A stretch of 64,000 bases of DNA, taken from the NCBI GenBank assembly GCA_003598025.1, contig QZKH01000003.1, forward strand, positions 234,048 to 298,047, written 5' to 3'. Position numbers and translations under genes: made by a program. Position 1 is the stretch's first letter. Each line of letters begins with the position of its first letter. The notes below the pieces were generated by a model that made no database searches, was not told the origin of the DNA, and saw only the letters and a program-made list of their open reading frames with translations. This document shows positions 10,291 to 20,120 of the stretch, in pieces. Source of the DNA: Candidatus Omnitrophota bacterium (GTDB taxonomy: Bacteria; Omnitrophota; Gorgyraeia; Gygaellales; Profunditerraquicolaceae).

Positions 10291-12193
10291 AAGACCTTTT
10301 TCCGTTTAATAGTATTTTTTTAAAATTGCCGATAGCTTCCCTTAAGAGCCTGCAGTAAAGGTCAAATCCTATTGTATCAATAAAACCGTGCTGCTGTGCC
10401 CCCAGAAGGTTGCCCGCGCCCCTAAGCTCAAGATCCTCCATAGCTATCTTGAACCCTGCGCCTATATAAGAGTGTTCTTCTAAAGCTGAAAGCCTTTTGG
10501 CTGCCTGGCTTTCAATTATTTCATTTTTAGGTATTAAAAAATACGCATATGCCGGCTTATCAAATCTCCCCACCCTTCCTCTTAACTGATGAAGGTCAGA
10601 CAGCCCAAAGGTATGCGCGTTGTTTACGATAATCGTATTTACATTGGGGATATCGATCCCCGACTCGATTATCATGGTGCAGAGCAATACATCCACCTGG
10701 CCATTCAGGAATCTAAGCATAACGTCTTCAAGTATGGATGCTGGCATTTGGCCATGCGCTACAGCGATATTGACTGATGGAGGTAAAATTTTAGCCAAGC
10801 TTTCTTCAAGCTGGTCAATGTCATAAACCCGGTTATGCACAAAATAAACCTGGCCGCCCCTTGACAGTTCTTTCATGACCGCCTGCTTTATCAAATCGGT
10901 ATCATATTCTACCACAGATGTCCTTATTGGCAACCTATTTTGGGGCGGGGTGTTAATAATAGAGAGATCCTTTGCACCCATCAGGCTCATATAAAGAGTC
11001 CTGGGTATCGGAGTGGCAGTCAAAGTCAAAACATCACATGATAACCTTAAAGATTTAAGCTTTTGCTTAGCCTTTACGCCAAATCTCTGCTCTTCATCAA
11101 TTATCACCAACCCCAAATCTCTAAATTTTATATCATCTGATAGCAGCCTGTGCGTACCGATAACAATATCAACATTACCTTTGGCCAATTCCCTGATTAT
11201 ATCTTTCTGCCTGCTTTTTGTCCTGAACCTTGAAAGCATATCTACATTAACAGGCATATCTTTAAGCCTTGAGTAAATGTTCTGATACAACTGCTCTACA
11301 AGTATGGTTGTAGGAGCAAGATAGGCTACCTGCTTACCGCTTACAACAGCCTTAAAAGCAGCCCTTAAGGCAACTTCAGTCTTGCCATAGCCTACATCCC
11401 CGCATAATAACCGGTCCATGACACGAGAAGATTCCATGTCGGATTTCACTTCCTGCATTGCTTTTATCTGGCCGGGGGTCTCTTTATATGGAAACCCTGA
11501 TTCAAACTCCCTCTGTAAATCAGAATCGGCAAGGAATTGAAATCCCTTCACACTTAGCCTCATTGCTTCTAAAGATAATAATTCCCAGGCAAGCTTTTGA
11601 ATCCCTTTCTTTGCCCTGTTTTTTACCCTCTGCCATTCTTTGCTGCCTAACCTATACAACCTCGGCCTTTTTGAAGCAAAAGTAATATATTTCTGGACAA
11701 GGTGCATTTTTTCTATGGGGACAAAAAGCTTTTCCTGCCGGTCGTATTCAATGACTATATGGCTGCGCTTGTCTTTGTCGCCTTTAATTTTCTCAAGCCC
11801 CAGGAACCTGCCTATACCATACTCATTGTGTACCACGTAATCGCCTACATTAAGGTCCACAAAGCTGGATACAGGAAAATCCTCGTTAAATACCCTGGTT
11901 TTAAATTCGCTTACTCGCTTTACCGGAAGTATTATGATGATCTGGTGGTCCCAAAGCAACTCTCCGTTATCAGGGTTAAAAGCTTTGATAAATGAAATGC
12001 TATCCAATTCAATATTAATCCTTACCGGTAATTCAAAGCTAAATGGATATACATCGAGGATGCTGCCACGGCGGGAAAAATGGCCTTCGGTACTGCAGTT
12101 TTGCGCTTTGTGATATCCAAAATCCACCAGGACAGACTCAATCCTGGCAAAGTCTGCATACTCTCCAACGCATAACTTCAAAGATTTAAACAT
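10253..12193 (-). CDS. mfd: transcription-repair coupling factor, short form (RNAP-interaction domain + SF2 translocase; lacks UvrB-homology N-terminal module)
   Basis: 646 aa. Contains the CarD/TRCF RID motif (VGDYVVHNEYGIGRFLGL), Walker A (GDVGYGKTEVALRAAF), DEEQ, TATPIPRTL, and motif VI (RGRVGRFDKPAYAYFL). The start abuts the secDF stop, leaving no room for the roughly 450-aa D1-D3 region. Confidence 0.8.
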   Translation of the reverse strand: MFKSLKLCVGEYADFARIESVLVDFGYHKAQNCSTEGHFSRRGSILDVYPFSFELPVRINIELDSISFIKAFNPDNGELLWDHQIIIILPVKRVSEFKTRVFNEDFPVSSFVDLNVGDYVVHNEYGIGRFLGLEKIKGDKDKRSHIVIEYDRQEKLFVPIEKMHLVQKYITFASKRPRLYRLGSKEWQRVKNRAKKGIQKLAWELLSLEAMRLSVKGFQFLADSDLQREFESGFPYKETPGQIKAMQEVKSDMESSRVMDRLLCGDVGYGKTEVALRAAFKAVVSGKQVAYLAPTTILVEQLYQNIYSRLKDMPVNVDMLSRFRTKSRQKDIIRELAKGNVDIVIGTHRLLSDDIKFRDLGLVIIDEEQRFGVKAKQKLKSLRLSCDVLTLTATPIPRTLYMSLMGAKDLSIINTPPQNRLPIRTSVVEYDTDLIKQAVMKELSRGGQVYFVHNRVYDIDQLEESLAKILPPSVNIAVAHGQMPASILEDVMLRFLNGQVDVLLCTMIIESGIDIPNVNTIIVNNAHTFGLSDLHQLRGRVGRFDKPAYAYFLIPKNEIIESQAAKRLSALEEHSYIGAGFKIAMEDLELRGAGNLLGAQQHGFIDTIGFDLYCRLLREAIGNFKKILLNGKRSFDQGKYENEKPN

Positions 12194-12198
12194 CAGAT

Positions 12199-14403
12199 CT
12201 ATTTTTTACTTTTACTTCTTTTACTCCAGGCAAGAACCAAAGGTGAAGCAATAAAAATCGTAGAATATACGCCGGAAATAAAACCGACTAACAACGTAAA
12301 CGCAAAGTTACTTAAGATCTCTCCGCCGTAAAAATATATAGCTAAAACCATAAGAAGCGTTACCCCGCTGGTCAAAATAGTCCTGGAGAGAGTCTGGTTT
12401 ACGCTGATATTTATTAATTCATACAGGCTCATTTTATTCAACAAGCGCCCATTCTCTCTTACCCTATCGTAAATAACTATGGTATCGTTTATTGAATAGC
12501 CGGCTATTGTCAGAAATGCGGTAATCGATAAAAGATCGATCTGCCTGCCGGTAAAAATCAGGAATACCAAGGCTACAGCCACGTCATGCAATAGTGCTAT
12601 TACTCCAGCAGCTGCGAAATTAAAATGCCTAAAGCGGAATGCAACATAAACAAGTATGCCTAACAATGACCATACCAGTGCTGATATTGCTTTACCCCTT
12701 AACAATTTTCCGGCAGCAGGGCCGACTTTTTCGACACGCATGAGCTGCACATCAGAACCTGCAAAAACAGACTGAAGTTTTTCGGTCAGGATCTTGCTTT
12801 CATCTGCGCCTGTCCTGATCAAGACTAATCTCGGGTCGTCTTTAAATTGCTGTATCTGCGCATCTCCTAAATTCATATCCTTAAGCAATCCCCTTATTTT
12901 ATCTATATCCGGCGAATCGCTAAATTTGTATTCCTGAAGCTGCCCCCCTGCAAAATCTATCCCATAAACAATCTGGCCCTTTTTAAAAAATAGGAATAAA
13001 CCAACAATAATTATTATTAAGGATACAGCGTAAAATATCCTTCTTTTTGATATAAAATCAAATTTAGGCTGGCCTATAAGTTTAAGCATAGGCAGATTTT
13101 TCAAAATATTAAATTTCATCAGCCACTCCAATATCGTCCTGGTGACAACTATTGCCGTAAACATACTTGCAATAATACCTATTGTAAGAGTAACCGCAAA
13201 ACCTCTGATCGGGCCTGTTCCAAACTGAAAGAGCAAAAATGCAGCTATTAATGTAGTAAGATTCGAATCCAGTATTGCGCTAAACGCCTTGTGATAACCG
13301 CTTGCCACAGCATTCCTGATATGTTTTCCTGCGCTTAATTCCTCCCTGATCCTTTCATTAATCAGGACATTGGCATCAATTGCCATACCCAGAGAGAGGG
13401 CGATACCAGCGATCCCGGGAAGAGTTAAAGTTGCAGAAACATTAAGAAGGACAGGCAGCATGGCCAAGCCACCCAAAATTATTATAAGGTTAAATATAAA
13501 AGCGATATTTGCTATTAAGCCGGCGAAAAGATAGTATACTGCCATGAAAACAAAAACAAAGCCACCTCCGATTATACTGGCTTTTATGCCCTTATTAATC
13601 GAATCCTGGCCCAGGAGCGGACCAACAGTCCTTTCTTCTTCTATATACATAGGTGCGGGAAGAGCGCCAACCTTAAGGACGATAGATAAATCCTTAGCCT
13701 GATCAGCAGTGAACCTGCCTGTAATCATCGCCTGGCCAGAAGGAATTGCTTCTTTGATCCTGGGAGCAGACTGCACTTTTCCATCCAGTACTATTGCCAG
13801 CATCCTTCCAATATTATTTGCGGTTATTTCTGCAAACTTCCTTGCCCCCTCATTACTGAAAGTAATTTCTACTACAGGCTGGTTAAATTCGCTTTGGTTA
13901 AAACGCACAGCAGCATTAACCAATGCATCTCCGGTCAAAACAGTTTTTTTCTCAACCAATACAGGTACGTTTTCATCTTCAATATACTTAAGCTCATATT
14001 CCTCAGGGATATTACCCTCTAATGCTGCTTTAAGCTTAACCTGGTCATCAGAGACCATTTTAAATTCCAATAAAGCAGTTTTGCCGATTAGATCTATAGC
14101 CCTGTCTCTATCGGTGACTCCTGGCAGTTGGACAACTATCTCATCCTCGCCCTGTTTCTGTATAGAAGGCTCGCGCACCCCAAACTGGTCTATCCTGTTT
14201 CTTATTACCTCTAAAGCCCTATCCCTGGCATCCTCTTTTGTTTCCTTGGATAAATGGCTGGTGTCAACTTTAAGGACTAAGTGCATACCGCCTTTTAAAT
14301 CCAGGCCTAAGTTAATCCTTTTATCAAGAGGAAAAGCAAAAAATAAACAAATTACAAGGATAGCAGTAATAAATACCGACTTGACCAACAGTTTATTATC
14401 CAT
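12199..14403 (-). CDS. secDF: protein translocase subunit SecDF (fused)
   Basis: 734 aa. The SecD periplasmic domain and six TMs are followed by a SecF-like second six-TM module. Confidence 0.9.
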   Translation of the reverse strand: MDNKLLVKSVFITAILVICLFFAFPLDKRINLGLDLKGGMHLVLKVDTSHLSKETKEDARDRALEVIRNRIDQFGVREPSIQKQGEDEIVVQLPGVTDRDRAIDLIGKTALLEFKMVSDDQVKLKAALEGNIPEEYELKYIEDENVPVLVEKKTVLTGDALVNAAVRFNQSEFNQPVVEITFSNEGARKFAEITANNIGRMLAIVLDGKVQSAPRIKEAIPSGQAMITGRFTADQAKDLSIVLKVGALPAPMYIEEERTVGPLLGQDSINKGIKASIIGGGFVFVFMAVYYLFAGLIANIAFIFNLIIILGGLAMLPVLLNVSATLTLPGIAGIALSLGMAIDANVLINERIREELSAGKHIRNAVASGYHKAFSAILDSNLTTLIAAFLLFQFGTGPIRGFAVTLTIGIIASMFTAIVVTRTILEWLMKFNILKNLPMLKLIGQPKFDFISKRRIFYAVSLIIIIVGLFLFFKKGQIVYGIDFAGGQLQEYKFSDSPDIDKIRGLLKDMNLGDAQIQQFKDDPRLVLIRTGADESKILTEKLQSVFAGSDVQLMRVEKVGPAAGKLLRGKAISALVWSLLGILVYVAFRFRHFNFAAAGVIALLHDVAVALVFLIFTGRQIDLLSITAFLTIAGYSINDTIVIYDRVRENGRLLNKMSLYELINISVNQTLSRTILTSGVTLLMVLAIYFYGGEILSNFAFTLLVGFISGVYSTIFIASPLVLAWSKRSKSKK

Positions 14404-14404
14404 T

Positions 14405-14692
14405 TTAAGAAGCTTTCTTTTTAATGTAAGCTATACAATTCTTCTCTACTTCCATTTTGGCATTATCATCAATACGCAAGATTACAGATTTTTCCTTGAC
14501 GTTAACTATCGTGCCGTGAACGCCGCCGGTAGTAACTACTTCGTCATTCTTATTCAGTGCCTCTAATAATTTCTGGTGTTCTTTCTCTTTAGCCTTTTGC
14601 GGCCGTATGATCAAAAAATAAAAAATAGCAAATATTAAGATTAACGGTATTAAATTTGTTATCGGACTTACTGCTTGTGCCTGAGGCATCAT
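14405..14692 (-). CDS. yajC: preprotein translocase subunit YajC
   Basis: 95 aa with a single N-terminal TM and the YajC core (EALNKNDEVVTTGGVHGTIVNVKEKSVILRIDDNAKMEVEKNCI). Lies upstream of secDF. Confidence 0.85.
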   Translation of the reverse strand: MMPQAQAVSPITNLIPLILIFAIFYFLIIRPQKAKEKEHQKLLEALNKNDEVVTTGGVHGTIVNVKEKSVILRIDDNAKMEVEKNCIAYIKKKAS

Positions 14693-14937
14693 TTTCCTCC
14701 TTTTTTCAGCTTCTTAAATAAGCTTTTTAGGGTATCAGAAGGCTGAGCCCCGTTTTTGACCCAAGATTCGAATTTGTCTGCCTTTATGTCCAACTTACCG
14801 CTCGAAGGATCATAAAAACCTAGCTCTTCGATAAACCTGCCATCGCGGGCTGTCGTTTCTTCAAAAACACTGACCCTGAAATGGGGTTTTCCCTTTGGAT
14901 TCTTTCCTATCCTTCTTAACCTGATACGAACTGCCAT
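14689..14937 (-). CDS. rpsP: 30S ribosomal protein S16
   Basis: 82 aa: MAVRIRLRRIGKNPKGKPHFRVSVFEETTARDGRFIEELGFYDP. Confidence 0.92.
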   Translation of the reverse strand: MAVRIRLRRIGKNPKGKPHFRVSVFEETTARDGRFIEELGFYDPSSGKLDIKADKFESWVKNGAQPSDTLKSLFKKLKKGGK

Positions 14938-14952
14938 TTTTGTTTCTCCTTT

Positions 14953-16440
14953 CTAATTATTAATCGCTTCCACTAACGCCCTTGCTTTATTCAATGACTC
15001 ATTGTACTCTTTCTGAGGTAAAGAATCGGCGACTATACCGGCTCCAGCCTGGATATAAGCGTATCCATCCTTTAAAACTATAGTCCTTATTGTTATGCAG
15101 GTGTCCATATTCCCGGAAAAAGAAAAATACCCGATACAACCAGCATACGGCCCGCGCCTTACATTTTCAAGCTCATCAATTATCTGCATTGCCCTGACCT
15201 TAGGGCTTCCCGAAACGGTACCAGCCGGAAAACATGCCTTGAGAGCATCAAAACTTGACTTGCCCCTCTTAAGGTATCCGCTTACTTCCGAAACAATATG
15301 CATCACGTGAGAGTATCTTTCAATAGTCATAAATTCTGAGACTTTTACCTTGCCAGCCTGGCAAACCCTGCCTAAATCATTCCTGCCTAAATCCACAAGC
15401 ATTATATGCTCTGAACGCTCTTTAGCGTCATTTAAAAGTTCGGACTCCATTTTTTTATCCTGAGATTCATCCCTGCCCCGCGGCCTGGTACCGGCGATAG
15501 GCCTGGTCTGAGCAAAGCCATCCTCGCAACGAACCAGCATTTCCGGAGAAGAGCCTATCAGGCTGAACTTATCCATTTTTAGGTAAAACATATACGCGGA
15601 TGGGTTAATACTACGCAGTTTCCTGTAAATGTCAAAAGAATTTTTGTTAATTTTTATCTTCAATCTTTGCGAGAGGACAACTTGAATAATATCGCCTTTA
15701 TGTATATATTCTTTGGCTTTCTTGATAATATTCATGAACCCGTCTTTAGTAAAATTAGATCTTAATGTGATTTTATACGGCTTACGCTCCAGGGGACCAG
15801 AAACAGGCATGATTTTCTTAAATTTCATCTCTAAGTGATTGATCTCTTCAACAGCTTGAGAATACAGTTTTTTAACATAATTATTATTTTTGGCAGAACT
15901 TATTCGGGGTAAATAACAAATAGATATGATCTTGATTTTGTGCTTAAGATGGTCAAAGACCAGCAAGCTTTTGGTAAGCATAAACACCGAATCCGGCAGG
16001 TTAAGGTCATCTTTGTTTTTATCGGGAATGTCTTCAATAAATCTGACGGTATCATAGGAAAGGTATCCTATAAAACCTCCGTAAAACCTCGGCAGTCCGT
16101 TGACTTCAACCGGGTGGAAGTCACGCATAATACCTTCAAGCTCTTCAAGCGACCCCTTCGAGGTAACATAAGACTTGATCTTACCCATTGACGGCTTAAT
16201 GATTTTTATTTCTTTATCCCTATTAGAAAAAATCATATGGGGTTTTGTCCCCAGGAATGAAAACCTGGCTATCTTCTCCTGGCCTTCTACCGATTCAAGG
16301 AGGAATGAATATTTATCCTCTTGTATCCTTAGAAATGCTGAAACAGGAGTATCTAAATCAGCGTTTATCTCCTTAAACACAGGAATAACATTGCCCTTCT
16401 TAGCATATTTTAGAAATTGTTTATAATCAGGATAGATCAT
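14953..16440 (-). CDS. chorismate-utilising enzyme, anthranilate/aminodeoxychorismate synthase component I (TrpE/PabB family)
   Basis: 495 aa with chorismate-binding domain motifs (SPEMLVRCEDG..., PIAGTRPRG, GAVGYFS-like GCIGYFSFSG). No trp genes are adjacent, so TrpE versus PabB cannot be resolved. Confidence 0.8.
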   Translation of the reverse strand: MIYPDYKQFLKYAKKGNVIPVFKEINADLDTPVSAFLRIQEDKYSFLLESVEGQEKIARFSFLGTKPHMIFSNRDKEIKIIKPSMGKIKSYVTSKGSLEELEGIMRDFHPVEVNGLPRFYGGFIGYLSYDTVRFIEDIPDKNKDDLNLPDSVFMLTKSLLVFDHLKHKIKIISICYLPRISSAKNNNYVKKLYSQAVEEINHLEMKFKKIMPVSGPLERKPYKITLRSNFTKDGFMNIIKKAKEYIHKGDIIQVVLSQRLKIKINKNSFDIYRKLRSINPSAYMFYLKMDKFSLIGSSPEMLVRCEDGFAQTRPIAGTRPRGRDESQDKKMESELLNDAKERSEHIMLVDLGRNDLGRVCQAGKVKVSEFMTIERYSHVMHIVSEVSGYLKRGKSSFDALKACFPAGTVSGSPKVRAMQIIDELENVRRGPYAGCIGYFSFSGNMDTCITIRTIVLKDGYAYIQAGAGIVADSLPQKEYNESLNKARALVEAINN

Positions 16441-16458
16441 CTTTTAAATTATTTTATT

Positions 16459-16552
16459 CGTTCGAGTCCATAAAACCGCACATTTCAGGGTGCGGATGAA
16501 GTTTGAGCGTTCAGTATTTCGCTCCAAAAAATTTCGGGTTAAAGCCCGAGCA
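16459..16552 (-). repeat. about 100 nt intergenic repeat element, copy 2 (inverted relative to copies at 24447 and 62499); hairpin + T-tract acts as a terminator-like structure after hisI
   Basis: The reverse complement aligns with 24447-24546 and 62499-62597 (gggctttaacccgaa...ttggagcgaaatactga.cg...ccgcaccctgaaatgtgcggttttatgg). The hisI stop codon and last 5 codons (KLLGL*) lie within the element. Confidence 0.75.
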
Positions 16553-16886
16553 GCTTAATTTTTCTAAAGAAACAGCTTCTTTTGCCGGTATGGCAGGCAA
16601 CACCTACCTGTTTTACCTTGATCAATAAGGTATCCATATCGCAATCATAATAAATACTCTTAACAAACTGAAAATGGCCTGAAGTCATGCCTTTTACCCA
16701 ATACTCTTTCCTGGAACGCGACCAAAAACAAGTCTTTTTAAGCTTCAGGGTGCGTTTAATAGACTCTTTATTCATATAAGCAAGCATAAGCACGGCATTA
16801 TCCTTATAATCCTGGATAATGACAGGAATAAGGCCGTTACTATCAAATTTCAAATCTTTAATACTGACTTTTTTCTCTTTTTTCAT
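16539..16886 (-). CDS. hisI: phosphoribosyl-AMP cyclohydrolase (monofunctional)
   Basis: 115 aa of HisI fold with Cys ligands (...[26 protein letters not shown]). No fused HisE domain. Confidence 0.88.
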   Translation of the reverse strand: MKKEKKVSIKDLKFDSNGLIPVIIQDYKDNAVLMLAYMNKESIKRTLKLKKTCFWSRSRKEYWVKGMTSGHFQFVKSIYYDCDMDTLLIKVKQVGVACHTGKRSCFFRKIKLLGL

Positions 16887-17644
16887 AGCCTTACCGGTAT
16901 ATTCCTCTCCTTTAAGTATTCCTTGACTTGCTTTACCGTAAACTCCTGATAGTGGAAAATCGATGCCGCCAAAGCAGCATCTGCCTTTCCTTTATCAAAA
17001 ACTTCGTAAAAATCCTCCAATTTCCCCGCTCCGCCGGAAGCGATAACGGGGATATTAACAGCCTCGCTTATCCTATTTGTAAGCTCGATATCGTAGCCAT
17101 CTTTTGTACCATCATAATCCATACTTGTCAAAAGAATTTCTCCGGCACCAAGCCTATAAGCATTTTTAGCCCATTCTATGGCGTCAAGGCCAGCCGGTGT
17201 CCTGCCCCCGTTTATATAGACTTCCCATTTTTTGCCATCGGATGATCTCTTTGCGTCGATAGCCACTACTATACACTGGCTTCCGAACTTTGCAGATGAT
17301 TCTTTAATCAACTCGGGATATTTTACTGCAGCCGTATTTATAGATACCTTATCAGCTCCTGCATTAAGCAGGTCCTTAATATCATCGGAGGTAGCTATGC
17401 CTCCACCAACAGTAAAAGGCATAAATACATTCTCGGCAATCTTTTCAACAAGCTCAATCATTGTTTTTCTTTTTTCAAAACTTGCCGTGATGTCCAGAAA
17501 AACTAATTCATCAGCCTGCTGCTTATCATAGACCTTAGCAACCTCTACCGGGTCACCCGCATCTTTAAGCCCGAGAAATTTTATTCCTTTAACTACCCTA
17601 CCCTCTTTAATATCCAGGCAGGGTATTATTCTTTTTGTAAGCAT
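16883..17644 (-). CDS. hisF: imidazole glycerol phosphate synthase cyclase subunit
   Basis: 253 aa. [16 protein letters not shown]; classic HisF TIM barrel. Confidence 0.93.
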   Translation of the reverse strand: MLTKRIIPCLDIKEGRVVKGIKFLGLKDAGDPVEVAKVYDKQQADELVFLDITASFEKRKTMIELVEKIAENVFMPFTVGGGIATSDDIKDLLNAGADKVSINTAAVKYPELIKESSAKFGSQCIVVAIDAKRSSDGKKWEVYINGGRTPAGLDAIEWAKNAYRLGAGEILLTSMDYDGTKDGYDIELTNRISEAVNIPVIASGGAGKLEDFYEVFDKGKADAALAASIFHYQEFTVKQVKEYLKERNIPVRL

Positions 17645-17661
17645 CTTATTTTTTGTTAGCC

Positions 17662-18102
17662 TTATTTCATCTTTACGCTAAGGTATCTTCCTAACAGCTT
17701 CCAGGTAACTTTACCGACTCTGCCGTCAGCCGGAATATTATTATCGCGCTGAAAAGCCCTTATGGCATCTTTAGTCTGCCTTCCCAATCTTCCGTCAATT
17801 TTGCCAGGATTGTAACCGGCGTTCTTAAGGGCTAACTGTATTTGCCTTACATTCGGCCTGGATTTTACTTCAGATATTCTGCCGGGCTTAGCCGCCATCA
17901 TTTCATTCCGGGCATTCAAAGCATTTAGTTCACTTTTAAGCGAGTCTACTTCTTCCTGTTTAATCTGAAGCTGCGAGTTTAAAGCAGAAAGTTCGTTTCT
18001 TAATGATTGGATTTCCAAATCTTTCTTTTTGGCTGCCGTGGCGCACCCCTGTAAAAGCAATACTGAAAACACAAGCACGATAACTATGGCCCTTTTTACC
18101 AC
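17662..18102 (-). CDS. lipoprotein with coiled-coil and putative peptidoglycan-binding domain (PG_binding_1-like)
   Basis: 146 aa with a GTG start. Has a lipobox LLLQGC, a heptad-rich coiled coil, and a C-terminal segment ([38 protein letters not shown]) typical of the PG-binding domain. Inserted between hisF and hisA. Confidence 0.6.
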   Translation of the reverse strand: MVKRAIVIVLVFSVLLLQGCATAAKKKDLEIQSLRNELSALNSQLQIKQEEVDSLKSELNALNARNEMMAAKPGRISEVKSRPNVRQIQLALKNAGYNPGKIDGRLGRQTKDAIRAFQRDNNIPADGRVGKVTWKLLGRYLSVKMK

Positions 18103-18157
18103 ATCACCCTCCTTTTATTAGCCTTGCTTTCACATGCAAAGGCAAATTCGTTTATAC

Positions 18158-18874
18158 CTATGAATACTTAGCAGCTTCAGGCAAGGTAAATTTAGCTTCA
18201 TAAAGTGCCTTACCAATAATTACGCCGCTTAAGCCATCCTTCTCCAGCATCTTGAGGCGCATTAAATCCTGTAAACAGGAAACCCCTCCGGAAGCGATAA
18301 TCCTAATCCTGTGTGTTTTTAATAGCTGCTTCAATTTCTTAATATTAGGCCCTTTGAGAGTCCCATCCATATTCACATCAGTAAAAATTATTTCTTTTAA
18401 TCCACTCTTTTTAAGGGATTTTAAAAGCTTATCAACGCTGACTCTTGCAGCGCCCTTTTTCCATCCTTTTATCAAAACAGAATCCTGCCTTGCATCAACG
18501 CTTACAATTACCCTGTCCTTATATTTTTTCAAAACTTTTTCAAGGAATTTTGCCTCGATGGCCCTTGTGCCTAAAACCACCCTGTAAATCCCGGCATCAA
18601 GAAGGCGTTTTATATCAGCCTGGGTCCTTATGCCACCGCCAAATTCAACAGGTATGCTTACTGCCCTGGCGATTTCTTGAACATATCTAAAATTTTGCAT
18701 TTTCCCTTTTATCGCTCCGTCTAAATCAACGAGATGCAAAAGCTTTGCTCCCTGCCTCTGCCAATGCTTAGCAGTCATCACAGGGTCTGATGAGTAGACC
18801 GTTTTACCGGTCTTACCCTGCACCAGGCGCACAACCTTACCCTGCATTATATCTATAGCGGGTATAATTAACAT
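18158..18874 (-). CDS. hisA: 1-(5-phosphoribosyl)-5-[(5-phosphoribosylamino)methylideneamino]imidazole-4-carboxamide isomerase
   Basis: MLIIPAIDIMQGKVVRLVQG...; HisA TIM barrel. The ATG at 18872-18874 was chosen; the ORF-track start at 18886 is a TTG. Confidence 0.9.
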   Translation of the reverse strand: MLIIPAIDIMQGKVVRLVQGKTGKTVYSSDPVMTAKHWQRQGAKLLHLVDLDGAIKGKMQNFRYVQEIARAVSIPVEFGGGIRTQADIKRLLDAGIYRVVLGTRAIEAKFLEKVLKKYKDRVIVSVDARQDSVLIKGWKKGAARVSVDKLLKSLKKSGLKEIIFTDVNMDGTLKGPNIKKLKQLLKTHRIRIIASGGVSCLQDLMRLKMLEKDGLSGVIIGKALYEAKFTLPEAAKYS

Positions 18875-18875
18875 A

Positions 18876-19484
18876 TTATAAATCAATGAAGTTTCTTAAT
18901 ATCTTCATGCCGGTATCCTGGCTTTTTTCAGGATGGAATTGCACACCAAAGATATTATTCTTCCATATTATTGAACTAAAATTCACCCCGTATTCGGTTG
19001 AGGCAGCGATAATGCTTTTATCCGCAGGCTCAGGATAATAAGAGTGGCAGAAATAAACAAAAGATCCGGATTTAATATCTTTAAGCAACGGGCATGCCCC
19101 ATTAATAATATTCAGCTGATTCCAGCCCATATGGGGGACTTTAACTTTGAGATCTTGGTCAAAAAGCTTGACGCTCCCGGTAAGCAAACCAAGCCCTTTT
19201 TCCTTTAGCGCCTCCTGGCTAGATTCAAATAAAACTTGCATACCAAGGCATATGCCAAGAAAGAACTTATTTCCAGAGACCTGTTTTAATATTGAATCAA
19301 CAAGATTAACCCTTCTTAACTCGTCAATAGCGTCATCAAAGGCACCCACTCCGGGAAAAACAATTTTTTCGCACTTATCCAGATCTTTCGGACTATTTGT
19401 GACTATAGTTTTTTTACCCATAGACTCTATAGCTTTTTTGACGCTATGGATATTACCCATTCCATAATCAATAATACAGATCAT
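18876..19484 (-). CDS. hisH: imidazole glycerol phosphate synthase glutaminase subunit
   Basis: 202 aa class-I glutamine amidotransferase (MICIIDYGMGNIHSV, GICLGMQ, HPEKS). Confidence 0.92.
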   Translation of the reverse strand: MICIIDYGMGNIHSVKKAIESMGKKTIVTNSPKDLDKCEKIVFPGVGAFDDAIDELRRVNLVDSILKQVSGNKFFLGICLGMQVLFESSQEALKEKGLGLLTGSVKLFDQDLKVKVPHMGWNQLNIINGACPLLKDIKSGSFVYFCHSYYPEPADKSIIAASTEYGVNFSSIIWKNNIFGVQFHPEKSQDTGMKILRNFIDL

Positions 19485-19497
19485 AACAAACCCTTAT

Positions 19498-20112
19498 TTA
19501 ATCAATTATGCCTTTTGTCGAAGGAATACCTTTGCGGCGGGGATCAACTTGCGTGGCCTGATCCATTGCAATCCCTAACGCTTTAAATATAGGCTCTAAA
19601 TTTGTATGTAAATCTGGGTTATTCCTTGTTTCCAGCTTTATTACTAGATTTGCCCCTAATTTATTGACAAACCCTTCGAAGAAATGGTTAGCATATTCAA
19701 GAGAGTAATTTTCCTGCGAATTTATAGCAGCGAAGGTATGCGAAGGCAAAGATATGCCCTTAAAATAAGCCCTGCCGCTTATATCCACGCTCACATCAGC
19801 CACAACTTCTTCCATAGGAACAGAAGCAGAACCAAACCGCTTTATCCCTTCTTTCTGGCCCAAGGCCTCCTTAAAGGCATCTCCTAAAACAATCCCTACA
19901 TCTTCGTTAGTATGGTGTATATCTACTTTTAGATCGCCCTTTGCAGCGATCTCTAAATCAAACAGGCCATGAAAAGCAAAAAGTTCCAGCATATGATCCA
20001 ATATACCTATACCGGTATCAATTTTTGATTCACCAGTACCATCGATGTTTAATTTAATGGTTATTTCAGTTTCCTTTGTCTTTCTGGTTTTTAGTGCTTC
20101 TCTTTTTGGCAT
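19498..20112 (-). CDS. hisB: imidazoleglycerol-phosphate dehydratase (monofunctional)
   Basis: 204 aa with IGPD motifs (DTGIGILDHML, HHTNED..., ...LHTNLEPIFKALG). Confidence 0.92.
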   Translation of the reverse strand: MPKREALKTRKTKETEITIKLNIDGTGESKIDTGIGILDHMLELFAFHGLFDLEIAAKGDLKVDIHHTNEDVGIVLGDAFKEALGQKEGIKRFGSASVPMEEVVADVSVDISGRAYFKGISLPSHTFAAINSQENYSLEYANHFFEGFVNKLGANLVIKLETRNNPDLHTNLEPIFKALGIAMDQATQVDPRRKGIPSTKGIID

Positions 20113-20120
20113 TTTATCTC

